A stretch of DNA of 64,000 bases from Carcharhinus amblyrhynchos. Its lineage: Eukaryota. Positions 26,721 to 38,914 of the stretch are shown here, piece by piece. Made by a program: the position numbers and the translations under genes. The notes beneath the pieces were generated by a model that saw only the letters and a list, made by a program, of their open reading frames with translations, was not told the DNA's origin and did no database searches. The stretch spans positions 55,986,001 through 56,050,000 of the forward strand of contig OZ336877.1 of assembly GCA_965287045.1 (NCBI GenBank), written 5' to 3'. Positions within the stretch are counted from its first letter, which is position 1. Each line of letters opens with the position of its first letter.

Positions 26721-28550
26721 CAAAGAAAAACTGATAGATCAGGTTTCTGCGATCTTCATCTTACCTCCCTTAGCAAGCTGGTATGTATCCCATCTGGTCT
26801 GGGTGACTTGTCATCTTTGAGTGCCAATAATTTAGTATCTTCTTTCAATTATGTTTATCCTATTTAGTATCTACCCCATCCTTCAAAGTTAACTTCACCC
26901 TCTCTTGAAAACCGATGCAAAGTACTCGTTCAGTGCCTCAGTCATGCTTCCATGCAAATATTTTTTGTCCCTAATTAACCCTAATATTCCTTTCATGATC
27001 GCTTTACTTTTTGTGTATTTGTAGAAGATTTTCAGGTTCCCTTTTATGTAAACTGCTAATCTTTTCTCAAACTCAATTGCAATGTTTCCAATGAGAAAAT
27101 GATTTTGTTCTGGCTATTAATATTTGATGCATTTTGCACTGTAGACTGATAAAGACGTCAGCAATATTTAGTTTAAAATGAACCTGAGGTGTAAAAGTTA
27201 AGGATTGTGGGATCACTGTCCAGCAGGTTATCCGTAGGTTTGATTCCAGCAGATAATGCTCCTACACAACATCCTGCAGAAAGAGGGCCTTTGAAAAAAA
27301 CTACTCAAACATTTGCAGGTCAGCATCACTGGGTTTGCACAAAGGCCTGTGTGGGTAAGAGCAGCCTTCTTGTCAAAGGCAGTGCAGTTACATCTTCCTC
27401 ACAGAGTTCCTTCTGTACTTTATTTCCTTTCCTAAAAATACAAAGCAACAAGAAAATCTCATATCATCTCAATTGTAGCAATCAAAGACCTTACTGCCAA
27501 AAATTCAGAAAATTATGCAAACTAAGATAAAAGCACAAATTCAGCTGTCAAAAACCCAAAATCAAATTACTCCTGTGAGTAATCCAGTTGTTTGTCCTTG
27601 AAAAAGCCACTTACTGAAAGACCATAGTGTGCCTGGCCTTGTAGACCTATTGCAGGTGGGGAATCCATGATTTCAGCACGTGGCTTATTAAAGGGTGAGC
27701 TGCTGAATTTTTAAACAGGCCAAAGATCTGAAGAAAGAGATTTTCTGCCCAATATCCTGACACTTGCTTGCTCACTCTGTGGCAGTGAGCCTAATCCCAC
27801 TGGCTGAAAAATATTCCATAATATCAAAGCAATTCGTGTCTAACGACTTCCCTATTATCCATCACTAATGAAGAAGCTTTTCCCTTGTGTCATCATATTG
27901 CCTGACTTCACATGCTTGTGCTTGATAATTACCCAGTTTTCCTAAGAGTATTGTAAATAGAGTATGTGATATTTAAAAACATATTCTCAGGGATTCCTCT
28001 TCTCAAAAAAAAAATCGATACACCATGAAACCACTTGTACAGCACAGTAAGACGTTATAATTAAAAGGAAATAGGTTCATTCAAATCCTTTGCAGTTTTT
28101 TATTTCAATATTTGGCTTCTTCCAGACAGAGTATTTTATTCCTTACATATTCGTATTACTGCATTTAAATAAAAGTTAGCAAAGTGTTCCCTGTAAATAT
28201 AACTTTGGTTACATTGTGTTGCTTTGATATTATAGAGCTGCTGCTGGGAACAGTGATGACTCTAGTGGGAGTTCAACAAAATAGATGAGGTTGAACAAGT
28301 GGTACTAAGGACCACCACTCTGAAGATGGTTTTATCTGCATTACAGGAGGGAAAGCAATGTCAGTGAATGCCACTGGCTGTTACCTTATTAGTTCACTCA
28401 TCAAGTCCAGCAACGGTGTTTTTGAAGGCCTGGCAAAAGATTTCTGATCTCCCATTGAACCTGCTCTGTGGACTCCTCATTTTCTAAAATCTGCTAGTTA
28501 AGCATTAAAAGACTGGAGTCATTATTCCAGGGATATATGCACGTATCTAC

Positions 28551-29210
28551 AAGGCGAATGGGATGCTGGCCTTCATAGCGAGGGGGATTGAATATAAAAG
28601 TAGGGAGGTCTTGCTGCAGCTGTATAGGGCATTGGTGAGGCCGCAGCTGGAGTACTGTGTGCAGTTTTGGGCGCCGCACCTGCGCAAGGATATTTTGGCC
28701 TTGGAGGGAGTGCAGAGGAGGTTTACTAGGCTGATACCGGAGTTGAGGGGGTTGAGCTATGAGGAGAGGCTGAATAAACTAGGCTTGTACTCGTTGGAGT
28801 TTAGAAGAATGAGGGGAGATCTCATTGAGACGTATAAGATGATGAATGGGATGGATAGGATAGAGGTGGAGAGACTCTTCCCGCTCAAAAAAGACAGTAG
28901 GACTAGGGGGCACAGCCTCAAGATAAAGGGGGGGCGGTTTAGAACGGAGTTGAGGAGGAACTTCTTCACTCAAAGGGTGGTGAATCTCTGGAATTCTCTG
29001 CCCGTTGAAGTGGTGGAGGCTGCCTCGCTAAATATTTTTAAGAAGCGGGTTGATGGGTTTTTGATAAGAGAGGGGATTAAGGGTTATGGGGAGAGGGCGG
29101 GAAAGTGGAACTGAGCCACGACAGATCAGCCATGATCTTATTGAATGGCGGGGCAGGCTCGAAGGGCCAGATGGCCTACTCCTGCTCCTATTTCTTATGT
29201 TCTTATGTTC
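28551..29210 (+). mobile_element. Young CR1 LINE, 5'-truncated, uninterrupted 183-aa ORF2 C-terminus
   Basis: ORF 28563..29114; tail TTCTTATGTTCTTATGTTC. Confidence 0.97.
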
Positions 29211-29417
29211 TATGTCAGATTCCTAATCATAGACTACAGCTCAGCCTTTAATACCATTATTCCTACGAGACTCATCTCCAAATTTTGTGGCCTGGGGCTC
29301 AACTCCTCCCTCTGCAACTGGATCCTAAACTTCCTCACCCACAGACCGCAGTCAGTAAGGATAGGCAACAACTCCTCCTCCATGATCATCCTCAACACTG
29401 GTGCTCCGCAAGGCTGT

Positions 29418-29799
29418 TATTTTTTATTTATGGGACATGGGCATCGGGCCAGCATTTATTGCCCATCCCTAGTCAGCCCTTGGACTGAGTGGCTTGCTAA
29501 GCGATTTCAGAAGTTAGTTGAGAGTCAACCACATTGCTGTGGCTCTGGAAATGACATGTAGGCCAGACCTGGTAAAGACAGCAGATTTTCTTCCCTAAAG
29601 GACATTAGTGAAATAGGTGGGTTTTTCCAACAATTGACAATGGTTTCATGGTCATCAGTAGATTCTTAATTCCAGATTTTTTTTTATTGAATTCAAATTC
29701 CACCATCTGCAGTGGTGGGATTTGAATCCGAGTCCCCAGTGCATTCATTGAGTTTCTGGATTCATAGTCTAGTGATAATACCACTAGGCCATCGCCTCC
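29418..29799 (-). mobile_element. tRNA-derived SINE inserted in the Rex1 RT
   Basis: Revcomp head GGAGGCGATGGCCTAGTGG (A box) and GATTCAAATCC (B box), A-rich tail; Rex1 coding sequence resumes after it. Confidence 0.85.
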
Positions 29800-30447
29800 C
29801 TTCTGCCCCTTATTATGTATTCCTTATACACCTCTGACTGTATGGCCAAATTCCCTTCCCGCTCAATTTTCAAGTTTGCTGATGATACCGCTGTTGTGGA
29901 TTGGATGACGAGACACAGTACAGGAAAGAGATAGAGAATCTGGTGAATTGGTGCGACAACAATAATCTCTCCCTCGATGCCAATATAACAGAAGAAAAAG
30001 TCATCGACTTCAGGAAGTGTAGTGGAGGGCATGCCCTCTCTATATCAATGGGGACAAAATGAAATGGTTGACAGCTTCAGATTTCTACGTGTCCCAATCA
30101 CGAACAAACTGTCCTGGTCCCTCATTGCTGACACTATAGTTAAAAAACCCACCAACACCTCTACTTTTTCAGGACACTAAGGAACTTTGACATGTCTACC
30201 AGAGCTCTCACCAACTTTTACAGATGCACCATAGAAAGCATTCTTTCCAGTTGTATAACTTCTTGCTCTGTCCAAGATCATAAGAAACAACAAAGGGTTG
30301 TGATCAAAGCCCAGTCCATCACTCAAACCAGCCTCCCTTCCATTGACACTGTTTACATTTCCCATTGCCTAGGAAAAGCAGCCAGCATAATCAAGGACCC
30401 CACGCACCCCAGACATACTCTCTTCCATCTTCTACCATCGGAAAAAA

Positions 30448-30528
30448 GATACAAAAGTCTGAAGACATATAAAAGTCTGAAGACATATACATATAAAAGT
30501 CTGAAGACAGATACAAAAGACTGAAGAA
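30448..30528. repeat. Short tandem duplication (AAAAGTCTGAAGACATAT-like, ~4 copies) inside Rex1
   Basis: Directly visible; gives YKSLKT repeats in ORF 30192..30524. Confidence 0.9.
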
Positions 30529-31059
30529 CAGCTTCTTCCCTGCTGCAATCAGACTTTTGAATGGACTATCTTGCATTAAGTTGATCTTTCTCTATACCTA
30601 GCTCTAACTGTAACACTACATTCTGCACTCTCTCCTTTCCTTCCCTATGTACGTAATGCTTTGTCTGTATAACACGCAAGAAACAATACTTTTCACTGTA
30701 TACTAATACATGTGATAATAATAAATCAAATCAAATTCAAAAAGTGTAAACATTTATATCAAATGTACACAATCTGGACTATTTGAAAATAATTTTTGTA
30801 GTGACCCAGTGTGTGGTTTGCTGGGCCTGTCTTGAATGTTGCTGAATTCAGTCATATATCCAGCTTCTTCTCATTTGCATTATGTGTTTGTGCCAGGTAT
30901 GATTCATGCTTTCTATTTGGCACCTACTCATTGGGAGGCAGGAATTTGTTTGCTGTTTCACATCTATGCCTGTAGCACAGTACAGGAATTTCTGTTACTG
31001 ATTCTTGTTCTGGAAATTCAGAAACATATTATTGAGTAGTCGTGGAAACAGTAGAGTGC

Positions 31060-31420
31060 AGATCTGGAGGAAGCCATGGAGATCCTGCTGCCGAGGAGGC
31101 CGATCTTCTTCCCCCTCCATTCAGCTGGGTCAGCCAAAGGCTAGATCAGAGGACATGGCAGATCACTGATCATGTCCATTATAGTTGCACAACAAGAGGA
31201 TCTGGAGAAAAGATTCCTGGCCCCACCAGGAAAGCATGATAGGTAACCACACTTTAATGCAGCACATCAATTATTAATGCCATGAACTGTTTCATTTTGC
31301 CCACATGTTCTTTCTGTACCTAGCTAGCTTCCCATGGTTGCCCATTAGGGGGGAAACAGGAGGAGAACTGGCAAACCAGCATTTTCTCACCACTTGAAGA
31401 ACAGGTCCTTGAAATACAAA
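31060..31420 (+). pseudogene. Myb/SANT-like (Harbinger partner protein) relic
   Basis: Fragments WQITDHVHYSCTTRGSGE and AH*..ETGGELA....LEEQVLEI resemble trihelix W..IA..V...RT..Q and TGGG...L...EE.vL motifs. Confidence 0.45.
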
Positions 31421-32734
31421 TATGAGATTCTGAAGAAGTAGCAGGAGATGGAAAAATGAGGTGTGACCCAGCTCTGGGCTCACTGTGTGTTATCTTTCCT
31501 TTGAGTATTTAACTCAATAGTATGGAAAGCAATGATATTGAAACACAATTTTGAAACATCATTGATGTGCATGAAAGTTGTGTGTTGCCAACTTATACTT
31601 GTAGATATTTTACTCTTACTTCTATACATTTGGAAGAAGCAGCAGAAGAGGATGTTAGTGACCAGAACCAGCCGTACACTTCGCAACATATTATGTCAAT
31701 CAACTTGATCCTGGTAAGTAGCAGTATGGGTACATCCGTCCTGTTTCTTTTTAAAAAATGAATGAGGCAAGCTCAACATAGGACACAGAATACAAATGAG
31801 AAGGAGCAAGTGGATTTGGCACAGAAGCAAGAAGCAGAAGCACAGAAAGTAAAATTGCATCTACCCACAGAGGATGAGGACAGGAACCCTGGTCTCTAGT
31901 TTCAAAAACAAAGATGCTTTCTGAACATGAAACATTATTGGAAGCTATGAAACATTGAAGAACCCACACAAAGACCTTAACATTTCCTACATTGTGCTTC
32001 ATGGGTCTTAGTATCTCTAACAGATGCTTAAGTGCGGTCATACATGCCTTCAGTGACACAGTCATTTTTTTTCCTTGGGCAGACTTGCTGATTTATTGAA
32101 GAGTGTGATTGATGGGAGTTTCAGTAATGTAATTGCTGCCAAGTGGTTTGATATTAACAAACATGCTGACAAGGAGGGCGGGAGCTAGTGGAAACCTGAA
32201 ATACTAATGTTGATGGTGCTGTTTTCCACATTGGCAAGACAACTTTGTCTGCCTCCCGCTTCCCTCCCCTCACCCCCCATCCTACTGCATATCTGACAAA
32301 GAGTGAGCAGAGACAGGCTCCACTTACATCTCAGGCCAATTCACAATTCAAGGAGCATCTCAACTTCAGAAGTCTCATAGCTGAGATGCTACTAGGAAGG
32401 GGAACAGGTTTGAGAGACCTTACAACAAACAACACTGTTAGGAAAGGGGAAACACCATAGTAACAAGTATGAATATTAGACAAATCACTTTTGTGGATAA
32501 TATAGTAGCACTTGAGTTGCAGCATGTCCATAATTGTTGTTGAAAATACATATGCATTTGAGAGGGGTAAAATAGGGTTCTGTCCAAATGTAGTTGATAG
32601 TGAATGTTTGTGTAAAGATGGATGGGGTAATTACGAAAAATTATCTTCCATCAGAGACTATTCATTTGTTTCCTTTACTTTCTCAAGCACCCAAATGATA
32701 TCTCCTTGGTATTTTCAGTGTTACACAAATATAT

Positions 32735-33440
32735 GAATCATGAGCAGAAGTAGGTCATTTAGCCTGTCAAGATGTTACACAATAAGATCACAGCTGATCT
32801 GTTGGTGTTTCAAATTCCCATCTACCCGCAATAACCTTTGATTCCCTTACCTAATAAAAATCTATCTATCTACACCTTAAAAATGTTTAATGATCCCTCC
32901 TCCACTGACTTCTGAGACAGAGTTCCAAAGCTGCACAATCCAATGAGAAAAAAATTCTCAATCTCTGTCCTGAAAGAGCTATCCTAATTCTAAAACAGTA
33001 CCCGCTAGTGCTGGGCTCACAGTAGACTCATCCCTTCCAACCTTGTCAACACCATTCAGGATTTTATATTGTTCAACCAAGCTGTGTCTCTTCAAAACTC
33101 TAGTGGAAAAAAAAAATCCAGTCTCTCCAACCTTTCTTCACAAGACAACCTGCTCATACAAAACATCAATCTTACCAATGCCCTATATAGCTGAAGCGTA
33201 ACATCAATTCCTCTCATAACAAAGTAGAGCACTCCATTAGTCTTTTCAATTACTTGTTGTACTTGCATACTAATATTTTGTGAATCATATACAAGAACAC
33301 CTAGATCCATCTTGGAATTCTGCAGTTATTTTCCATTTGAGAAATATTCTGTTTATTCTTCCTGTAAAGTGAATAACTTCACATTTTCCCACAACTGCCA
33401 GATTTTTGCCAATTCATTCAACTTATCTATATCTGTTGTA
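32735..33440 (-). mobile_element. Old CR1 3' fragment
   Basis: Minus ORF DLGVLVYDSQNISMQVQQVIEKTNGVLYFVMRGI; CR1 tail agcagaagtaggtcatttagcc. Confidence 0.85.
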
Positions 33441-33577
33441 ACTTCCTTATGTCCTTTTCATCCATTCAGGAACAAGGATAATGCAATCAGGATTAGGCTA
33501 TTCACCATTTTATTAGATCACTGCTAATCTGTATCTCAATCTCATTTATTTTGATTCATTAATCCTAATAATTTTCA

Positions 33578-33892
33578 CAGAATCCCTGGTATGCAGAAGG
33601 AAGCCATTCAGCTCATTGAGTCTGCATCAACTCTCTGACAGAGCATCCCACCCAGGCCCTATTCCCGTAACCCCACGAATCTACCCCAATAATCCCCCTA
33701 ACCTACATATCTTGGGACAGAAAAGAACAATCTAACACAACCACTCGACCTAACCTGCACATCTTTGGAGTATGGGAGAAAACCAGAGCACCTGGAAAAA
33801 ACCCACACAGACAAGGGGAAAACGTGCAAACTCCACACGATCACCCAAGGCCAGAATTGAACTCAGGTCCCTGGCACAGTATCACTGTGCCG
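33578..33892 (-). mobile_element. HE1-type V-SINE
   Basis: cagaatccc...cagaaggaagccattcagc tail, plus reverse V-domain and head. Confidence 0.85.
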
Positions 33893-34110
33893 ACATGTCT
33901 AACAAAAATCTATCAATTTCAGTTTTGAAATTTTCAACAACTCTTTAAGGGAGAGATTTCCAGTTTTCCTCTACCCTTGTTTCAATTAGGAAGATGTCCC
34001 CCTTATTCCACACTAAACTTTAATTGAACTGAAAAGTTATATAGTACATAGAAAATAATGACTTGTGACACTGGTTACTTCTTTTTAGGTGTTAACATGT
34101 AAGAAGTTTT

Positions 34111-37100
34111 GGTCTGAATTTTAATATGCAGGAGTTTACATATTTCGGTGCAGGTGGTAAGTGAAAACTGTCAGTTGATGGTGCATTGGGAAGCTGGTTC
34201 CAAACTGCAGACTTCCTCATTTCACTCTAATGTGTTAGTCTCAACCTCTCAGGAATGATGGCTTGCCAATTAAACATGTTAATTACACAATTAGAGATAT
34301 ATTTCAACATACTTTTGACTTTAACATCTAGTCCATGAATTTCCTAGGCTTCCCACAACTCGCCAGTGAAAACAAGTACACAATAGTATTGGGGGAGCTG
34401 AATCAATCTCGTGGACTTATGCCAATAAGCACTTTGTACTCATCGCTTCTTTCCTATCTCTTATATAAAAAGATTTGTTCACAGAACTTTTGCTAAGAGG
34501 TGACTTTCTACAATTAGAGGTTTCTAGCAGAGTACTGTTTCACATTGGGATGGGTGTTGTTTATGCATTCTTACATTGGACCTCAGAGGAGAAACAAAAT
34601 AACCAGCAACAGTACCAGCAGGAGCAGGTACAGTCTGCTGATCACAGATCTATTGGTATACAGCAGAGTGGCTCAATTTGCAGAAGGCATTACCCATAAA
34701 ATAGGGTAGACAGACAGAGGTTTAGTTTCCTTGACATGCCTGAAATCACAATAACACAAGAATTGGGAGCATTTGGCGGTTCAAATCTACTCTGCCATTC
34801 GATAAGATCATGACTGATCTGATTGTGGCTCAACTTAATTTTCCTGTCAGCTGCCCATAATTCTTGACTCCCTTGTTAGTCAAGAATCTATCGATCTCTT
34901 AAAAAATTCAATGATCCTGCCTCCAATGTCCTCTGTCAAAAAGTTCCACAGACTCACGAACCTTGGAGAAAAAAATCCTCTTCATCTATATTAAATGGGA
35001 GACCACTGATTATTAAATTGTGTTCCCTTGTCCTAGACTCACCTAAAAGAAATCATCCTCTCAGCATCCACCCTGTCAAGCCCCATCAGGATCTTCAATG
35101 TTTAAGTAAGATTAACTCTCATTCTTCTAAATTCCAATGGGAATGGACCAAATCTGTTAGGCTTTTCCTTATAAGGTAGCCCATTTATCCCAGGAATCAG
35201 TCAAGTGAACCTTCTCTGAACTGCTTCTAATATAATTATATTCTTCCTTCAGTGAGGGACCAAAGTTGTACATAGTGGTCCAGATGCAGTCTCACTATGG
35301 CCCTGTATAGCCTTGGTAAAAACTTACCTACTTTTATCTATTTTGGTGTCCTCAGCAAATTGAGTCATTCAGTCCCTTTAAGTCACTGATCGAGGTTGTA
35401 AATAGTTGAGGCTCCAGCACTGATCCCTATGCCATTCCATGAGTTACACCTTCCCAATCTGAAAATGGTCCATTTATTCCTACTGCTAACCAATTCTCTA
35501 TTCATGCTGATATGTTACCCCAACATCCCACACCAAGAGCTCTTATTTTGTGCAGTAAACTTTGATGTGGCATCTTTTTAAATGCCTTTTGGAAATCCAA
35601 ATATACCACATCTACAAATTCCCCTTTATCCATCTTGCCTGTTTCTTCCTCAAAGAATTCTAATAAAGTAGCCAAACAGGATTTCACTTTCACAAAACCA
35701 TATTGAGTCTGCCTGATTGCATTATGATTTTCTAAATGTCCTGCTACTAATTCCTTAATAATGGATTCTAGCATTTTCCCTGTGTCAGAAGTTAGGCAAA
35801 TTGTTTCCTGCTTGCTGTCTATTGCTTCTGGTTCCTTCCAGGATTTGGCAGCAGCTTTATACAGAATCTTCAATTGGCCACCTACACTTACATAAGACAG
35901 ATGACTGAAGGGTTGTGTGTCAGGGCTGCAAATTGTCAACCTTACCTGAGACTGTATCAGCCAGAATGAACAGATGTCCTGTTTTGTGGTTCTTCCTAGT
36001 TTTCCACAAATGTAGGGTGCTATTGACTGCACACATGTCACAACTCATTAATTGCAACAGGTATGCGCAAGATGCCAGGGGAGTTATCATAATACTTTTG
36101 TTTGTTGGAACTCCAAGCTGCCTGATCTCTTCTCATTTGCAACCAAACTTTAAGGATGGCTGTTAGGAGACCAGGGAAACCCACTGCAAACTTGGCTCAT
36201 GACACCCACCGGAAACCCCAATAATAAAGCACAACAATGCAATAATCACCACTGGATGTGTGATTGAACAGACCATCAACAGGCTGAAGACATGCTTTGA
36301 CAGGTGGAGAGGTGTCCTTCAGTACACACAAGCCAGGGTTTCGAGAATAGTCATGCACTACAGCAAAGCTTGGACTTGCAGGAGGAACAAGATGAAGAGC
36401 TTAGCTCCACTTCAGATGATTTGGGGCAGGAGAAGGAAGAACACCAGGAGACGAGAAGGAGGCTAAAGAGTGAAATACACCCCTGCTGCTCACGTTGCCG
36501 CCAGAGATACAACTGCAGCTGTTGTAACCAGAAAATGCCTCTCTTCCCCATACTATCCTCACTTTCAATGGTACTGACACAAAGTAGTCCTGCAACCAAC
36601 CACCACTTGAATGTTCTCCTGTCTTTGTTTCCACTCTGCACTGGTCTCCATCAATTCAGGTCTACTCATTCATCATCTGTGTTGGGGAGTCTTGTGACCA
36701 CCAATACAAACTCTCCAGCCCTGTCTCTGCCACCTGCTATTGTTCACTTCTGAAATATTGCCACCAGGTGAAAACCCAATTAAGTGCCTTATTGCTCCCA
36801 CTGTAGGGTGAGTATCTGAGGCAGTGCGTGGCCTGAATGAGGCCTTTCTATGACAATGTACCCTCAGAAGGATTCAACTTATCTGGTGACTCATTGCTCA
36901 TCACATACACTGACTCTTTTTGCATACATAAAGCCACGTGAGAGAGAAAAATTCACCCTGAGAAGCTAAGACCATTTATGAAGCTGATCATAAATGAAAC
37001 AAGTCATTGTGACAGTGCCATATGAATGTGAATGTTTTTATTTAATTATGTCACCTTGTAGCTAGAAGTTCATCATCTCCTCATCTCTGACAATAAGAGA

Positions 37101-37835
37101 CACCATAGTTCCACTTAGTTGCAGAACCTCCTCTGCAGTTGTGAGGGCCCCTTTCCCTCTCCTGGGTGTTCTGTGCTCTCTTTTCCTGCAAGAAGAGAAA
37201 GAACAGACCATGACTGAGTGCAATGGAACATATTTAATTGATGAATGGAGCACATTTGATGACGATGAGGGAGAAGGATAGTTTTGGATGAGGATGAAAG
37301 TAGGAGTGACAGACAGATGGGAATGCAAGGGTGCACTTGCTAGGTAAATGGGTGTGAGGAGTGATGTGATGGAGTCAACTTCAGAAAGTGGTGTGATACA
37401 TACAGTAGGATGTAGGTAAAATGCAAGTGTACTCACCTTTTCTGACCCACCCTTATTCTTAGCTGAAAGCCTCTTCCAACTGTTGCTAGGGAACAGTCTC
37501 TGTATCTCTCCCCTACTTTTCACAGCCCCAACAGCACATCCAGGGAGGTGTCAGTGAAGCAGGATGCAGCCTCTGTTCATCTGGAATCAATTCTGACACA
37601 CCCAGTTCTCTTACAGTCAACTCCAATTCCTTCAATCTGCATCTTTTAAATACTGGACATAAGATGGTGTCATGCGGGTCCACTTCATACACACTAATGC
37701 TGATTGGACAGAAACCTGGCATTAAAATTATAATGAGGTAACTGAGTTAAAAAGCCATTAGCAGACATGCTGCACTTTGGGTTTCCCATACATTATCATG
37801 CCATCCCACTCCCACACATCGCAAAACTTTGGTCA
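34111..37835. mobile_element. Degenerate PIF/Harbinger DNA transposon: transposase (+, ~34660-36530) and convergent Myb/SANT-like gene (-, ~37060-37580)
   Basis: + strand: RRHYP*NRVDRQRFSFLDMPE, ASGSFQ, FPQM*GAIDCTHV (36002-36039), IEQTINRLKTCF...GVLQYTQARVSRIV. - strand: AASCFTDTSLDVLL..VKSR...LFPSNSWKR and LTTAEEVLQLSG. Boundaries and TIRs uncertain. Confidence 0.8.
34747..35820 (-). mobile_element. Old CR1 fragment inserted in the Harbinger transposase
   Basis: ORF 35502..36041 part GKMLESIIKELVAGHLE...QYGFVKVKSCLATLLEFFEE...LDFQKAF; CR1 tail near 34757. Confidence 0.88.
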
Positions 37836-37839
37836 AAAT

Positions 37840-38415
37840 TTATGGTGTGTCTGATAATGGCTTTGGTAGATGCATACACTTTATTGTTATAGTTGCTCAG
37901 CAGCTTTATGGGGCTGACAGAGCACCATGATCTAGAAGCCAACATTTGCAGAGCAAATACATGGTGAATGGTGGGTTACCATGACATTAAGGCATTATGA
38001 CTACTGTTGAAGATACATGCATTGACCTTCACGATTCTGCGCAGTTGCTCATAGACACTATGCTCATTGACAGAAGTATAGACCTTTTGGTTCATCAGTG
38101 TCTCAGTAATATGTGTGAGAATACATAGAGCTTCAAGCATATAATCAATAAAGGCCTGAGTATTAGGGAATTCAATGATTTGAGGAAACCTTAGGTTGTT
38201 ACTTGTTCAAAGAGAAAGTGATGAGCTTGCTTGTTCTGGTAAGCAACACATCTATTTTCAATATGGATCACAAGCTGATTGATATTGTGTCCACCTTGGA
38301 GTTTGCGTGGAGTCACAACTGTCACAAACTCTGCCATTGTCTGCCTGGTGAACCTACATTTTTGCACATATTGCTCTTCCAAACAGGCAAGTCCACAAAT
38401 ATCAGTGGATGCCAC
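37840..38415 (-). pseudogene. Second Harbinger (HARBI1-like) transposase relic
   Basis: Minus translations EEQYVQKCRFTRQTMAEF, EFPNTQAFID, MNQKVYTSVN....QLRRIVKVNACIFNSSHNA (cf. NRKGYHSINVQ...VNARYPGSSHDA). Confidence 0.7.
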
Positions 38416-38914
38416 TGGAAGAACAAAAGCAAATATGAATCTTCATCATTTAATATAGTCTAAATTCTCAACATCTTTGCATTCCTTCTCAATCATCTCT
38501 TAAACTAATGAGTAACACAATGACATCTGATTCCAGTAATGGATACTGCGTGGAGGGTGTGGTGGGAGCAGTAATATCTCTTTTTTCTAACTTAGTTGTT
38601 GTATAAAGCTGCATGACCCAAGCAATTGAATAAAAGGAAAATATGGTAAAGTAAGCTCAGCTACATTTGAACAGAGTAAATTAAAATTACAGTTGTAACT
38701 GTCTATGTCTTTAATATTTAACATAACATCACAGCCTAGCAATGGTCACCCCAACATGAGGAAATGGTATATCAGCATTATGGTTGGGAAATAAAAGCAC
38801 AGGCTTTAAGTTCAGAGTGTGATTGAATACCCTCCATTTACCTTGGTCCCTTCAGCTTCAGAAAGTCAGGAAGTTCACCACCATCCACGACTTTAAGCTG
38901 GAAGTCTCGTGGCA

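Larger units (their letters stand above)
29211..30737 (+). mobile_element. Rex1/Babar LINE, 5'-truncated, interrupted by a SINE
   Basis: YVRFLIIDYSSAFNTIIP, NTGAPQGC, then KFADDT, FYRCTIESILSSCIT; tail aataaatcaaatcaaa; homologous to 17578-19570. Confidence 0.92.

Noticed and set aside
36304-36753. 149-aa acidic ORF as a host gene
   Set aside because: It lies in the decayed 3' end of the Harbinger transposase, with no splice support.
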